In this document: positions 25,228 to 34,851 of the stretch, piece after piece
Layout: every line of letters starts with the position of its first letter
Numbering within the stretch: the first letter of the stretch is position 1
IMG/VR virus record: IMGVR_UViG_3300037515_000227
Location: 1-42,664 of that record
DNA from: a virus
Taxonomy: Duplodnaviria > Caudoviricetes
Length of the DNA: 42,664 bases
Strand: one strand, 5' to 3'
Notes under the pieces: generated by a model
Told to the model about the DNA's origin: nothing
Databases searched by the model: none
The model's input: the letters and a program-made list of their open reading frames with translations, nothing else
Position numbers and translations under genes: made by a program

Positions 25228-26625
25228 CTACCCGCTCGCACTTCTCACCGTGAGATACCGCGGATAGTACGAAACGGACACTGGGGACACCGTGGTCAAC
25301 GACGCGATGTCCGTGGCTCGCACCGACCGCAGCATGTAGATCCGATTCGTCTGGTTCGGCGATAACATCGGCAGGCCGCTGGTGATGAACGGCGCCGCAG
25401 CACTGATCACATTCCCCGATGCGTCCCGCGCCGATGCCTTAGTGCCGTCCGCGTTCAGAATCCAGTGATCCGTCCACGACGAGGAGTCGTCGTCCCAGCC
25501 CACAACCGCGAAGCGATCATCTGCCGGCACCAGCAACAGGAAGTCGAAGTCCATGTTCCCCGTGCCGGACACCCGCTCAGCCTGCAGGCGCAGCACGAAC
25601 GAGTCCGACGCCGGAAGCTCCGTGCCGTCGGCATCGGTCACCGGATCATCGCCGGCCGGGATGCTCACCAGGCCGAGATTGGCCATCACCAGGGCGTTGG
25701 TCGACCCCTCGGCGGCAACCGTGTCGTTACCGATCGTCTGCCAGTCGCCGCCCCAGAACAGCCGCAGATTCATCGCATCGGCGCTGGTCCGCCGGTACCG
25801 CAGGAACACCCGATACGTGCCGCGCAGATCCACCGACGCCGTACCCAGGTCCAGCGTTGACAGCCGGGTCTGCATCGTCGCCGTGGTGAACGTGCAGCGG
25901 CTCCAGTTGTTGCCCGAGCCGGAGAAGTCGGCGCTATTGGCCTGAGTCGTGGTGTCCGTGCCCTGCGTCAACGCCTCGGCCTGGAACAGGAACGGCGCGC
26001 CTGACGGGGTGCCGCGACGACGCACCGCGAACACCGTCTGTCGGTCGTCCGCGATCGCCGCCGACGGCCACCGGATGATCGCCGGGGACTCCACATCCCC
26101 CTTCACCCCGGTCACATCCACGAAACAGCCGTTGCTGCCCGCCGCCGGGTCCGTCGACACCGTCACCGCCGACACCGGGGTCTCCAGCAGGCCGTAACCG
26201 GCGTACTCGGCGGGGATGTTCACAGTCAGCGTCTTGCGTCGATTGTCCGGCTGACCATGCCGCAGCACCGACTCGGCGGATGTGCGGAACGTGCGGAAGA
26301 ACACCGGGTTGGTGACACCGTGTGGCTGCCAGCGGATCAGGTTAGTCGGGCCGTCCAACTCGCGGAACAATGCCTGCAGCGCCGTCGCCGCCGCGTCCGC
26401 GGTGGACGCATTCAAGCCGAGCACCAGCGTCAGGACGCGAAGATCGTACGCCGACGAGGGGATCACACCGCCGTCGGTCAGCAGCGTCTGCGCCACCGCC
26501 CGCCGAAGCGGCGGCGGCGGGAACTCGGTGCCCTCCAGCATGTTCCATGCCGACCCGTCGTTCAGGTCCAGGCGCACTGTCGGCATAGCGGCGATCGAGC
26601 CGACGAACTGCAGCAGCGAGGCCAC
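25228..26625 (-). CDS. Minor tail protein (distal tail position)
   Basis: Directly after tape measure; LSPNQTNRI..VSYYPRY C-terminus. Confidence 0.75.
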   Translation of the reverse strand: MASLLQFVGSIAAMPTVRLDLNDGSAWNMLEGTEFPPPPLRRAVAQTLLTDGGVIPSSAYDLRVLTLVLGLNASTADAAATALQALFRELDGPTNLIRWQPHGVTNPVFFRTFRTSAESVLRHGQPDNRRKTLTVNIPAEYAGYGLLETPVSAVTVSTDPAAGSNGCFVDVTGVKGDVESPAIIRWPSAAIADDRQTVFAVRRRGTPSGAPFLFQAEALTQGTDTTTQANSADFSGSGNNWSRCTFTTATMQTRLSTLDLGTASVDLRGTYRVFLRYRRTSADAMNLRLFWGGDWQTIGNDTVAAEGSTNALVMANLGLVSIPAGDDPVTDADGTELPASDSFVLRLQAERVSGTGNMDFDFLLLVPADDRFAVVGWDDDSSSWTDHWILNADGTKASARDASGNVISAAAPFITSGLPMLSPNQTNRIYMLRSVRATDIASLTTVSPVSVSYYPRYLTVRSASG

Positions 26626-28683
26626 CTATCCGCCCCTCCCGTAAAGGTCGGCGTTGCGGGCGACCAGGTAGCCGCGACCCCGGTCGTCGATGACGAGGGT
26701 GGCGCCGTTAATGGCCTGGCCGACCTCTTTGGCGACCATGCGCCCGACGGTGGTCGCATCGGTCACCGATGAGTTCCCATCTGCCACGCCGCCGCCATGG
26801 AAGCTCAACCCAGCCATCGCTGTGCGACCCATCATCGACATCAGCCGGTCGAACACGGCAGTCTGACTGCGGGAAAGGACGCGTTCGCCGGTTTGTAGGA
26901 TCGCCCGTACCTCGTCGCCGGCCAACCGGTCGCTGCCGCCGTGGAACCGCCGAACCGGCCCGCCGTCGTGCATGCGACGGATGCCCGTTGTCGTGACGAG
27001 CCCTCCGGAATGCCCGCGGGTCAACCCGGCTGGAATGCCACCTGAGATCGCGTAATTGACCCGCACGGTCAGACTGCCCGTCGTCAGATACGGCGTGATG
27101 GGTGCCCTGCGCGGCGCTGCCGCAGCATCGAGTTTGTTCCTGGCCCGGATCTCGGCCTGCCGATCAAGCTCGGCCAGATACTTCGGGTTGCGGGTCCGGG
27201 CAACCATGTCCAACTGGCGCTTGGCATCGCGTATCGCGGGATCGTCGATTTCGGCCTGCAGATCCGCCACATAGGGGCCGGTGTAGTCCTCCGCGGCGGC
27301 CTGCGCCCCGCCGATCGCCTCCGCGACGATCCCGGCCTGCTCGGCGGTCAACGCACCCTGCGACACCATGTCCGCAAGCACCTCGTTCACCCCAGCGAAC
27401 GACAAATCCGCATTGTTCGCCGCCGATTCCAGCCCAACAGTGGCCTCGAACAGGTCAATGGCGGCGCTACGGGCCTCGCTGCTGTTCGTTCCGTATGTGC
27501 TAACGGCCTCGTTGTAGGTGGCTTGCGCGGCGCTGACCTTGTCCACCGCATTGATCAGGTTCAGCACCGGATCGGTAGATGCTTTCAATGCGTCCTGGTA
27601 AGCAGTGAACGCCTCGCTCAGCACCGCCAGCTCGTCCGCGGCCTCGACGACCTCCATGGTGAACGCCTCGGTCTCGGACTTCGCGCCGCTCATTGCCGAC
27701 TGGAATGTCTTGGCGGGCCCTTCGTCCTCCATGATGCCGAGGAATTCCAGGATCTCCCGATCCCATTCGATCAACTGGCCGATCGTGTCGCCGAAGAAGT
27801 CCCGTACCGGCTGGGTGGCGTCCAGGAAGCCGATCACCCCGTCGGCGGCGGCCTTGAATCCGTCCGCCACGCTGCGGATGGCGGGCATGAAGTCATCGAG
27901 CAGCGTGGCACCGAGCCGGGCCGCGGCGGTCTGCGCATTGGCCAGCGCGCCACGGACCGTGTCGCCCATCGACTGGGCAGAACCTGCGATCTTGATGGCG
28001 TTTTCGCCGAAGCCCTGCGAGCCGGTTTCCCACAGCCCGAAGAATGCATCCGCGTCGATCGCACCTTGGGAAATCATCCCGCGCATGGCCTCAGCGGACA
28101 CGCCAGCCGCCGATGACAACAATTCCAGCGCCGGCACGCCACGCACCTGCAGCATGTTCAGCGTCTCACCGGTCAGCCGGCCCTCAGACTGGATCCGCTC
28201 GAAGATGTTGCCGATCTCAGACAGCGGTGCCTGCGCGAACGCCGCCGTATCTGCGGTCATCGTCAGCCGGTCGTTCACCTCGCCCAGATCCATACCCGAC
28301 GAGACGAACTTGGCCATCACCGTGGCGCCGTCGTCCAGCGTGAACGCCGTCCCGGTCACCGTCTCGGTCAACCCGGCCATCAGCCGCTCGACCTCGGCCG
28401 TCGACAAGCCCATCTGCGTCATGCGCTTCTCGGCGTCCTCGAGCGACATCAGCCGGTCGAAACCCGCCTTGAGGACCTTGTCATACGCCTGCCAGCCCGC
28501 AGCCATGCCCGCAACGGCGGGGATGACCCGGCCAGCGATGACGCCGCTGGTCTTACCGAGGCCCTCGTTCTGCCGCTCAATGCCCTGCGCTGTTCTGCCA
28601 ACATCGCCCTGCAATTGCCGCAGCGCGGACTGAGCCTGCGCGATGTGCGCTTCGAGGATGATCCGGACACGGCGGTCAGCCAC
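26626..28683 (-). CDS. Tape measure protein
   Basis: Ala-rich helical 685 aa; GTAFTLD..GRLTGETLNML..GVPA; follows tail chaperones. Confidence 0.93.
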   Translation of the reverse strand: MADRRVRIILEAHIAQAQSALRQLQGDVGRTAQGIERQNEGLGKTSGVIAGRVIPAVAGMAAGWQAYDKVLKAGFDRLMSLEDAEKRMTQMGLSTAEVERLMAGLTETVTGTAFTLDDGATVMAKFVSSGMDLGEVNDRLTMTADTAAFAQAPLSEIGNIFERIQSEGRLTGETLNMLQVRGVPALELLSSAAGVSAEAMRGMISQGAIDADAFFGLWETGSQGFGENAIKIAGSAQSMGDTVRGALANAQTAAARLGATLLDDFMPAIRSVADGFKAAADGVIGFLDATQPVRDFFGDTIGQLIEWDREILEFLGIMEDEGPAKTFQSAMSGAKSETEAFTMEVVEAADELAVLSEAFTAYQDALKASTDPVLNLINAVDKVSAAQATYNEAVSTYGTNSSEARSAAIDLFEATVGLESAANNADLSFAGVNEVLADMVSQGALTAEQAGIVAEAIGGAQAAAEDYTGPYVADLQAEIDDPAIRDAKRQLDMVARTRNPKYLAELDRQAEIRARNKLDAAAAPRRAPITPYLTTGSLTVRVNYAISGGIPAGLTRGHSGGLVTTTGIRRMHDGGPVRRFHGGSDRLAGDEVRAILQTGERVLSRSQTAVFDRLMSMMGRTAMAGLSFHGGGVADGNSSVTDATTVGRMVAKEVGQAINGATLVIDDRGRGYLVARNADLYGRGG

Positions 28684-28692
28684 GGGACCTCC

Positions 28693-29073
28693 TCAGTTGA
28701 CGGGTTCGATGGTCCAGTGCCGCCCGCGCATGTCGCCCTTGCCCTCGCGGTACCGCTCCTGGTCCACGTCGCGGGCGTAGCACATGGCGCACAGCCGCGA
28801 GCCGGTCATGGCCTTAGCCTGCTCGATCAACTGGTGCTGCTTGTCCGGGTCGAAGATCCACCACTGATCGGTGGGCATTCCGCACCCGTCACAAGAGAGT
28901 CGGTATTCGGTCTGCCAGGCGATCGCCGCCTCGTAGTCGACGCTCAGCCAGTATGGTTCGCCTTGTTTCGGGACGCGGCCACGGAAGATCGAGAGGGGGA
29001 TTCCTCGGGCGGCGCAGTAGTCGAGCTCAGTACGGAATTCAACTGATCTGCGATACTGCGCACGGATTTTGGG
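28693..29073 (-). CDS. Tail assembly chaperone, -1 frameshift extension (gpGT)
   Basis: Overlaps gpG in the -1 frame from slippery CCCAAAA at 29067-29073. Confidence 0.78.
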   Translation of the reverse strand, partial: PKIRAQYRRSVEFRTELDYCAARGIPLSIFRGRVPKQGEPYWLSVDYEAAIAWQTEYRLSCDGCGMPTDQWWIFDPDKQHQLIEQAKAMTGSRLCAMCYARDVDQERYREGKGDMRGRHWTIEPVN

Positions 29074-29594
29074 ACGTCCGTACCGCCGTAGTTCACCGAG
29101 TACACCGTTGCGGTGACCTCGGCCCACTTGTCGTCCGGCAGCGCCTCACGTAGCCGTTCGGCCTGCTCGACACTCATACCGGGAGAGACGCACGATTCGG
29201 CCACCATCGCCGGCCAGAACGTGTCCTCATTCCAGCGCAGCATACTGTTCGGCGGCGCCGACTTCTTCTGCGCTTCGGTCGGCGGATGCTCGGCCTCGAT
29301 CTCCTTACGGCGGCGCCTTGGCAGACACCGGAACACGAGTTCACGGTCCTCGGCCTCTTGCAGCGCCTTGTTCGCGTCCATGGCCCGCTGCGCCGCGGCG
29401 CGAATCGTGTCGTCGGAGACCGCGGCGTCGAGTGTCGTGGATTCCTTGCGTGCGGCCTGGTAGCGCTCCAGCTCGGCGGTGGCGGTTTTGAGCTCGTCCC
29501 GCAGTTCCCGATATAGGCGGCGGTTCAGGCAGATGCGGATGCGGGCTTCGTCGGGAGTGGCCTCGTCCAGCCACCCGTCCATCGTGTCGGGCAT
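28944..29594 (-). CDS. Tail assembly chaperone (gpG)
   Basis: Between major tail and tape measure; EHPPTE..WNEDTF. Confidence 0.82.
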   Translation of the reverse strand: MPDTMDGWLDEATPDEARIRICLNRRLYRELRDELKTATAELERYQAARKESTTLDAAVSDDTIRAAAQRAMDANKALQEAEDRELVFRCLPRRRRKEIEAEHPPTEAQKKSAPPNSMLRWNEDTFWPAMVAESCVSPGMSVEQAERLREALPDDKWAEVTATVYSVNYGGTDVPKSVRSIADQLNSVLSSTTAPPEESPSRSSVAASRNKANHTG

Positions 29595-29682
29595 GGTCTA
29601 CCTCGTGGATGCGTCCGGATGCATGAGCCCCGCCCGGCCGTGCATCCGATGCAGCCGAGCGGGGCGGCGAGGGGGATGGGGA

Positions 29683-30180
29683 TCAGGTCAGCGAGAAGGT
29701 GGCGTTGAAGTCCCAGTCCTGCACAGCGCAGCCGACCATGAAGTTCTGCTTGGTGTCCCGCGACGGAGCGACCTTCTGCGCCTCACCGGTCTCGATCTGG
29801 AAGATGTCCAACACGTCGCCTGTCGCGTCGGGTACCCCGTCCGGCGAGATCACTAGATACCGCGTGTTGCCGTAGTCGTACAGCGCAAACATGGTGTCGG
29901 TCGACAGTGGGAAGTTGATCTCGTGTGTGATGTTGAGGCCGGTCACCTCGCGGGTTCCCACATTGTGGGACACCTTGCCCGCGTCAATGAGGGCCTGGCT
30001 GGCGGTGTTCTGCGTGTAGCTGTACGTCACACCACCATCGGACGGCAGCCGAAGCAGCCGCACACCGGCGTTCAGTTCGGCCTGGGTGACGACGCTGCCA
30101 CCCGCAGCGAAGTTCAGCCCGGCCGGCGCGGCGGTGAGCAGGTACGCCTTGAAGTTGCCCTCATAGCTCTTGCTGGCCAT
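29683..30180 (-). CDS. Major tail (tube) protein
   Basis: Position; TQAELNAG motif; followed by a hairpin at ~29628-29664. Confidence 0.78.
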   Translation of the reverse strand: MASKSYEGNFKAYLLTAAPAGLNFAAGGSVVTQAELNAGVRLLRLPSDGGVTYSYTQNTASQALIDAGKVSHNVGTREVTGLNITHEINFPLSTDTMFALYDYGNTRYLVISPDGVPDATGDVLDIFQIETGEAQKVAPSRDTKQNFMVGCAVQDWDFNATFSLT

Positions 30181-30186
30181 CGTTGA

Positions 30187-30390
30187 TTACTCCTTGTTCT
30201 TGGGAGCAGCGGTCTTCTTCTTGGCCGGCGGCGCCGCCTCTGGCTGCTCGAGCTCGGGTTGATTGACGGGCACCCAGCCGGAATCGGCGAGCACCTTCGC
30301 TTGACGGGGCAGCACCAACACGACGACCACGCGGTCGAGATGGTCAGTGAGATCCGGGTGAGTAATCTGGATCTTGTCCACCGCGCTCAC
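30187..30390 (-). CDS. Small hypothetical protein
   Basis: ITHPDL..SGW; GTGA coupling. Confidence 0.65.
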   Translation of the reverse strand: MSAVDKIQITHPDLTDHLDRVVVVLVLPRQAKVLADSGWVPVNQPELEQPEAAPPAKKKTAAPKNKE

Positions 30391-30737
30391 AGCCTGACCA
30401 CCTGGAGGGTGAGAGCCGTGACGCCGCTGTAGGACAGCGAGATCCGGCCGGTGGTCGTGTTGATGAACCGCGCCGGACTTGAGATGAGGATCATCCGCTC
30501 GCTCGCATTCGGCACGCTGACCGTCACGTCCGGGTTGAATGCGGTGTTGCCGGTCGGCCCGGCGGTGGTCGGGTCGTCGATGATGATGCTCTGCGCTGAG
30601 GTGTGCCCGTTCTTGACGTGGATCAGGTATCTCGACTGGGCCTGAGCATCGAACACATCCCCACCGGCCTGTGCCGATACATAGGCCAGGGGGTCGACGC
30701 CGGTCAGTGCGGCGACCTTCGGAGTAATGGTGGCCAT
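30387..30737 (-). CDS. Small beta-rich structural protein
   Basis: RBS AGGAG; IHVKNG..VTVSVPNASER. Confidence 0.7.
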   Translation of the reverse strand: MATITPKVAALTGVDPLAYVSAQAGGDVFDAQAQSRYLIHVKNGHTSAQSIIIDDPTTAGPTGNTAFNPDVTVSVPNASERMILISSPARFINTTTGRISLSYSGVTALTLQVVRL

Positions 30738-30771
30738 GGCTTTTTCTCCTGATCAGGTGGATACTGAGGGC

Positions 30772-31032
30772 ATGGGGGTAACCGTCAAGAACTTGTCGCT
30801 ACTGGCCGGCGTCATCGCAGCTTTTGTGTTGTTGGCCTTGCTAGTGAACACATCCGGAAATTCGTCTGAGCCAACCGACACGCGGCCGTGTGCCGAGTTG
30901 GCCGAATCGTTCGCCGTCTACAGCAAGTTGATCGAGACGCACGACCGGAGTTGGTCGCAGTGGGAGGCGGTCGACGCTGAGAAGTGGGCCGTTTACGATC
31001 TGGCGCACGCCAAGGGTTGCGACGGCTTCTAG
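30772..31032 (+). CDS. Antisense moron, N-terminally anchored membrane protein
   Basis: Fills a gap in the minus-strand operon; TM helix; two Cys; -10-like GATACT 6 nt before ATG. Confidence 0.68.
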   Translation: MGVTVKNLSLLAGVIAAFVLLALLVNTSGNSSEPTDTRPCAELAESFAVYSKLIETHDRSWSQWEAVDAEKWAVYDLAHAKGCDGF

Positions 31033-31451
31033 GCCGGGCTAGAGGACACCCGATAGCGGGGCATGGCCACGAACACCGCCGGCTCGGCGTTACCGTCACG
31101 ACGTGCATCCGACGATCCGAAATCATGACGCACCACGTCGAGGTGCCGGCCTGTCACGGTGATCCCATCGAGCAGGACTTCGGTCTTGTCCCGGACCCAT
31201 TCGGCCTGCGCCTGCGTCTCACCGACACATGTGATCTGGTAGACGAGTTGCGCATGCTTGACGTGATCGTCCAGTGGGCCGGTGCGAGAACCACCAAGGA
31301 TTGGGTACACGACCACGCAGGGTGGCGCCAGCTCGGTCCCTGAGCCGTCCGCGGAGGAGTTGCGGGTACCATGACCCACGGACAGCCCAGCGGCCTCCAG
31401 GGCGGCCACGACGGCGTTCGTGTGGTCCCGCTGGGACAGGTGGGTGACCAT
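31029..31451 (-). CDS. Tail terminator
   Basis: Position; PPCVVVYP..YQITCVG. Confidence 0.75.
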   Translation of the reverse strand: MVTHLSQRDHTNAVVAALEAAGLSVGHGTRNSSADGSGTELAPPCVVVYPILGGSRTGPLDDHVKHAQLVYQITCVGETQAQAEWVRDKTEVLLDGITVTGRHLDVVRHDFGSSDARRDGNAEPAVFVAMPRYRVSSSPA

Positions 31452-31801
31452 CAGCCGAACACCGCGCCCTCGGCCTCGTCGGCCAGGCTGTCGGCATAGT
31501 CTGCCTCGTGCATGTCGCCGGCCGGGCCCATGAACGGCTGGGGCGCCATCCTGCTCGTGCCGTATTCGACGAACACCGCGTAATCCACATTCGGGCCGAC
31601 CTCGGCCTGCAGGTCGTTGACGTCGGCCGTGATGGAGCTACGCAGCAACCCGGTCTCCACCGGCGCCAACTGACGCGCAGTCTGCGCCATCGCCTCCGCG
31701 CTGCGTTCGGTCTCAGATAGGCCCGACCGGAGTAGCCGCGCCGGCCCGCCTGCCATGTCGGCCGCCAACGCGGCCAACTCAGACGCGTCAACTCGGATCA
31801 C
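31451..31801 (-). CDS. HK97 gp10-like neck protein
   Basis: APVETGLLRSSI..YAVFVEYGTSRMAPQPFMGPA. Confidence 0.9.
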   Translation of the reverse strand: MIRVDASELAALAADMAGGPARLLRSGLSETERSAEAMAQTARQLAPVETGLLRSSITADVNDLQAEVGPNVDYAVFVEYGTSRMAPQPFMGPAGDMHEADYADSLADEAEGAVFG

Positions 31802-32208
31802 TTGGTCACCTCATCCACCAGAAGCCGCTGGTCGCGGCCCAGGCTCATGGCCAGCAGCCCGGCCACCCGAAAGGTCCGGCCTACCGAGGCCGCATCGAAG
31901 GTGGCCACGGTGATTGTCGCTACATCATCGATCTGCACACCAGCCGCGGACACCGGGATGTGCAGCCGGTACCTCTGCACCGTGTAGACATGCTGGCCGG
32001 ATGGCTGCAACGTCTCGAATGGCTCGTAGGTGAACAGTTTGCATTTGCCGGAGTAAACCAGCGCCCCCGCCGTGATGTCGTGCCCGCCGGTCGTCTCGTT
32101 GAGTGCGCCCACCGCATCCGGTCGACGGATCTCGCATTCGTCGACCATGTACGACTCGGCGATGCCGCGGAACCTGGCGACGAACCCAGCGATGTCCTCG
32201 ATGAGCAT
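31798..32208 (-). CDS. Head-to-tail stopper (DUF6093-like)
   Basis: MVDECEIRR..VYSGKC..LHIPV. Confidence 0.75.
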   Translation of the reverse strand: MLIEDIAGFVARFRGIAESYMVDECEIRRPDAVGALNETTGGHDITAGALVYSGKCKLFTYEPFETLQPSGQHVYTVQRYRLHIPVSAAGVQIDDVATITVATFDAASVGRTFRVAGLLAMSLGRDQRLLVDEVTK

Positions 32209-32834
32209 CAGGCGATCCCCATCGGCGAATCACGCACATACGGGGCCGCTTTGGCGAACGCCGCCGGGTTCCCAGAAACCAGGCCCACCAGATCGGCCGG
32301 CTTCCACTGGAACGAGCCGTAAGACACCGAGATCCCATCCAAGCTTTCGCTCTTGACCGTGCCCAGAACGCCGGCCTGCGCATCCTGCGCCACATCCAGC
32401 GTCGCCTGCTTGATGGGCTCTGGGACCGCCTCCCAGCCCCACTTGGCAGTGACGGTGATCAGCGCCCGACGGCCGCGGGTCGTGTACGGCCAGACTCGGT
32501 CCACCGTGAACAGGTCGAAGAACGGCCAGCCGGGCTGCCCGTTATAGATCCCGTCCCACGGCCGCGGGTCCACATCGGTCACCAGCCATGCCGTGCCGTC
32601 GACGCTGATCGCCAGGTCGGTAGTGGTCCAGAAATCGTCCACCGGAAGGCGGTACCAGTCCACGGCGCGGAAACGCCGCGCCACTGCCGTCTCGGTGCGG
32701 TTGAACTGGCGACCGGTGAACAACTCGACGGCCCGTGATGCCGCACTGACGATGTCGCCGAAGAACCCGTCGTTCGGCTTGTTCAGCCGCGCCGCCAGGT
32801 CCTCGCCCGTCACATACGCGTCGCCGATCGCCAC
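32208..32834 (-). CDS. Head-to-tail adaptor
   Basis: AASRAVE..GRQF..VTAKWGWEAVPEPIKQA..SESLDGISVSY. Confidence 0.85.
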   Translation of the reverse strand: MAIGDAYVTGEDLAARLNKPNDGFFGDIVSAASRAVELFTGRQFNRTETAVARRFRAVDWYRLPVDDFWTTTDLAISVDGTAWLVTDVDPRPWDGIYNGQPGWPFFDLFTVDRVWPYTTRGRRALITVTAKWGWEAVPEPIKQATLDVAQDAQAGVLGTVKSESLDGISVSYGSFQWKPADLVGLVSGNPAAFAKAAPYVRDSPMGIA

Positions 32835-32849
32835 CGGTCGCCTCTTCCG

Positions 32850-33149
32850 TCACTTCTGCCGAAGCAAGGTGGCCGTACCGTCGACCACCGTGGCGCCCAC
32901 CGCAGGCGCGGTCGGCGGCGCAGCAGCCGTCGTCCCCGCGATTGTGACGATGAACTTCTCGCCGCCGGTGAACTGCAGCTCCTGGTTCAGTGTCACCGCA
33001 GTCGTGTTGGCCCGCACCACCCGCCGCAGCGGGCGGCCGATGAAGTCGACCGTCGAGGTGGTGACCCGGCCCAGCGAATCAAGCGAGTTGCTCGCCGGGG
33101 TCACCAGATCGCGGCCGAGGTAGTCCTCACGGAACGTAGTCGTTGCCAT
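32850..33149 (-). CDS. Head-associated hypothetical protein
   Basis: After capsid; DYLGR/DSLGR/DFIGR triplet. Confidence 0.65.
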   Translation of the reverse strand: MATTTFREDYLGRDLVTPASNSLDSLGRVTTSTVDFIGRPLRRVVRANTTAVTLNQELQFTGGEKFIVTIAGTTAAAPPTAPAVGATVVDGTATLLRQK

Positions 33150-33484
33150 CAGCCCTCCTCATTCGCCTTGAGTTCGTCGACCAGCTCCTGCTTAGTGAAC
33201 TGCTCGAGATCCTCCCGCTTGCCGAGACCGGCATCCTCGGCAAGAGCGACCAGTTCGTCCTTGCTGAGCGCCATCGATGCCTTGACCTCAGCGGGCTCCG
33301 ACGCCGGCTCCGACGCCGGCTCAGGCTCCGGCTCGGCCTCGGCCTCATCGAAACTGGCACCGTTTTCGGCAGCGACCTGCCGGAAGTGCGCCTTGAGGTC
33401 TTCGTCCGTTGCCTGCGCGTACAGGTCGGCGAGCTGGGCCAGGTCGATCGACCCGGCCACTCGCCCGTACTTGTCGACGATCAT
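33149..33484 (-). CDS. Acidic protein with Rho-N/HeH-like C-terminus
   Basis: LSKDELVALAE..TKQELVDEL. Confidence 0.65.
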   Translation of the reverse strand: MIVDKYGRVAGSIDLAQLADLYAQATDEDLKAHFRQVAAENGASFDEAEAEPEPEPASEPASEPAEVKASMALSKDELVALAEDAGLGKREDLEQFTKQELVDELKANEEG

Positions 33485-34740
33485 CAGGTCACGTTCACGA
33501 TCTCTTGGACGCCGCCGGTCTCGACGGTCATCGGCGTGAAGTAGCCGGCGTAGGCAACCTGCACACCCAGAACCGACGGTTCAGTGGCCTGCAGCTGACC
33601 GACCCGCTGCTCATACACCTCGACCGCAGCCGAGGAGAGCACGATCCCGTAAGTGGTGGCCGGTGCGCTGGAAAGCCCAGCGGACACGTACACCGGGATG
33701 CCGGAGATACTGCCGACCAGACCGGAGTTGAAGTCGCCGGCGTTGAACCCGGTCGACTGGGCGTTCTGCGGGTTCACCGGCGCGAATACTGAGCCCCACG
33801 CGCCGAGCTTCGACGGTGGCACACCCAGCGCGACCCGGCCCTGGCCCTTGGTGGCGGTGTAGATGTTCGCCGCCGCAGTCCAAAGCCCCTCAGCAAGCTG
33901 CGCTGCGGTGGCGCTGCCAGCCGCCCCGGATAGCTCCACCGTGTTCGTGGTGGCGATCAGCGCCGCGCCGAGAGCAGCCTCGGTCTGGATCGCATACTGC
34001 GCAGCCAAGTCGTTGACGATCGCGTCAAGCATCGACGGCGAGGAGAAGTCGATGTTCTGCCGCGACACGTTCACGTAACCGCCGTAGGTTACGGCGTTGC
34101 CGGTCAGGCGGGTGATCGTCATCTTCTGGCTGGACAACTCGGTCTTCTCATCCGCCGCACCGCCGGCAGATCCCTGCACGGCGACCGTGGCGTGCTGAGT
34201 GACCTTCGGCCGGTACCAGGTGGCCGACGGCATGTCCCGCGGGCCGAGGAATGCCACGAGCGGACGGGCCGCGTCGATGAAGTTGAGGACCCCGCCGACG
34301 ATCGGGTCGGGAATGACGCCGAGGTTGTCCGAGGTCTTCTGGTGGGCGGCGGCGCGGGTGAACAGTTCGAGCCGCTCCATCGCCGACTTCGACCCAGTCT
34401 GCGCGGCGATGTAGTCCGCCAGGTAGCCGCCGGTCGTCTTGTACTCGACCGGGCTGGACTCTCCGCTGCGGCGGGCCGTGGTGATGGCCTGGTCGACCTG
34501 CTTGGCGCGGGTAGCGATCTCCTGCGCGATGCGGGCGGTGTCCTCAAGTTCGTCGATCTGCGCCTTGATCTGGCCCATCCGGTTACGGGCTTCGCCGAGA
34601 CTGGACTTCTCGGTGTCGTTCAGGTCACGTTCGGCGTCCTGCACGTTGGCGATGAGTCCTTGCACGAAGGCGTTACGCTCGTTCAGTTCGTTCTCGAGAC
34701 GCCGGATCATGGCGTCGTTTGCTTGGCTGTTGACACCCAT
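33484..34740 (-). CDS. Major capsid protein, HK97 fold with N-terminal delta domain
   Basis: Coiled-coil N-terminus; GVIP, YGGYVNVSRQ; RBS AAGGAG before MGVNSQ. Confidence 0.92.
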   Translation of the reverse strand: MGVNSQANDAMIRRLENELNERNAFVQGLIANVQDAERDLNDTEKSSLGEARNRMGQIKAQIDELEDTARIAQEIATRAKQVDQAITTARRSGESSPVEYKTTGGYLADYIAAQTGSKSAMERLELFTRAAAHQKTSDNLGVIPDPIVGGVLNFIDAARPLVAFLGPRDMPSATWYRPKVTQHATVAVQGSAGGAADEKTELSSQKMTITRLTGNAVTYGGYVNVSRQNIDFSSPSMLDAIVNDLAAQYAIQTEAALGAALIATTNTVELSGAAGSATAAQLAEGLWTAAANIYTATKGQGRVALGVPPSKLGAWGSVFAPVNPQNAQSTGFNAGDFNSGLVGSISGIPVYVSAGLSSAPATTYGIVLSSAAVEVYEQRVGQLQATEPSVLGVQVAYAGYFTPMTVETGGVQEIVNVT

Positions 34741-34851
34741 TGGGGGTACTCCTTCTAAAGAGATGTGATGAAGGAGCACGCCTCGATCGCCCCGCGCTCC
34801 GGAGTCGTCGATGCCGGCCCCCGCTCGGGGCCGGTGGTCGTGCGATGCGCT

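Noticed and set aside
27605-28633. 342-aa plus-strand ORF
   Set aside because: Antisense shadow of the tape measure gene.
33290-33346. Short tandem repeats (ggctccgacgcc, ggctc)
   Set aside because: They encode an EAEAEPEPEPASEPASEP linker in frame; not an array.
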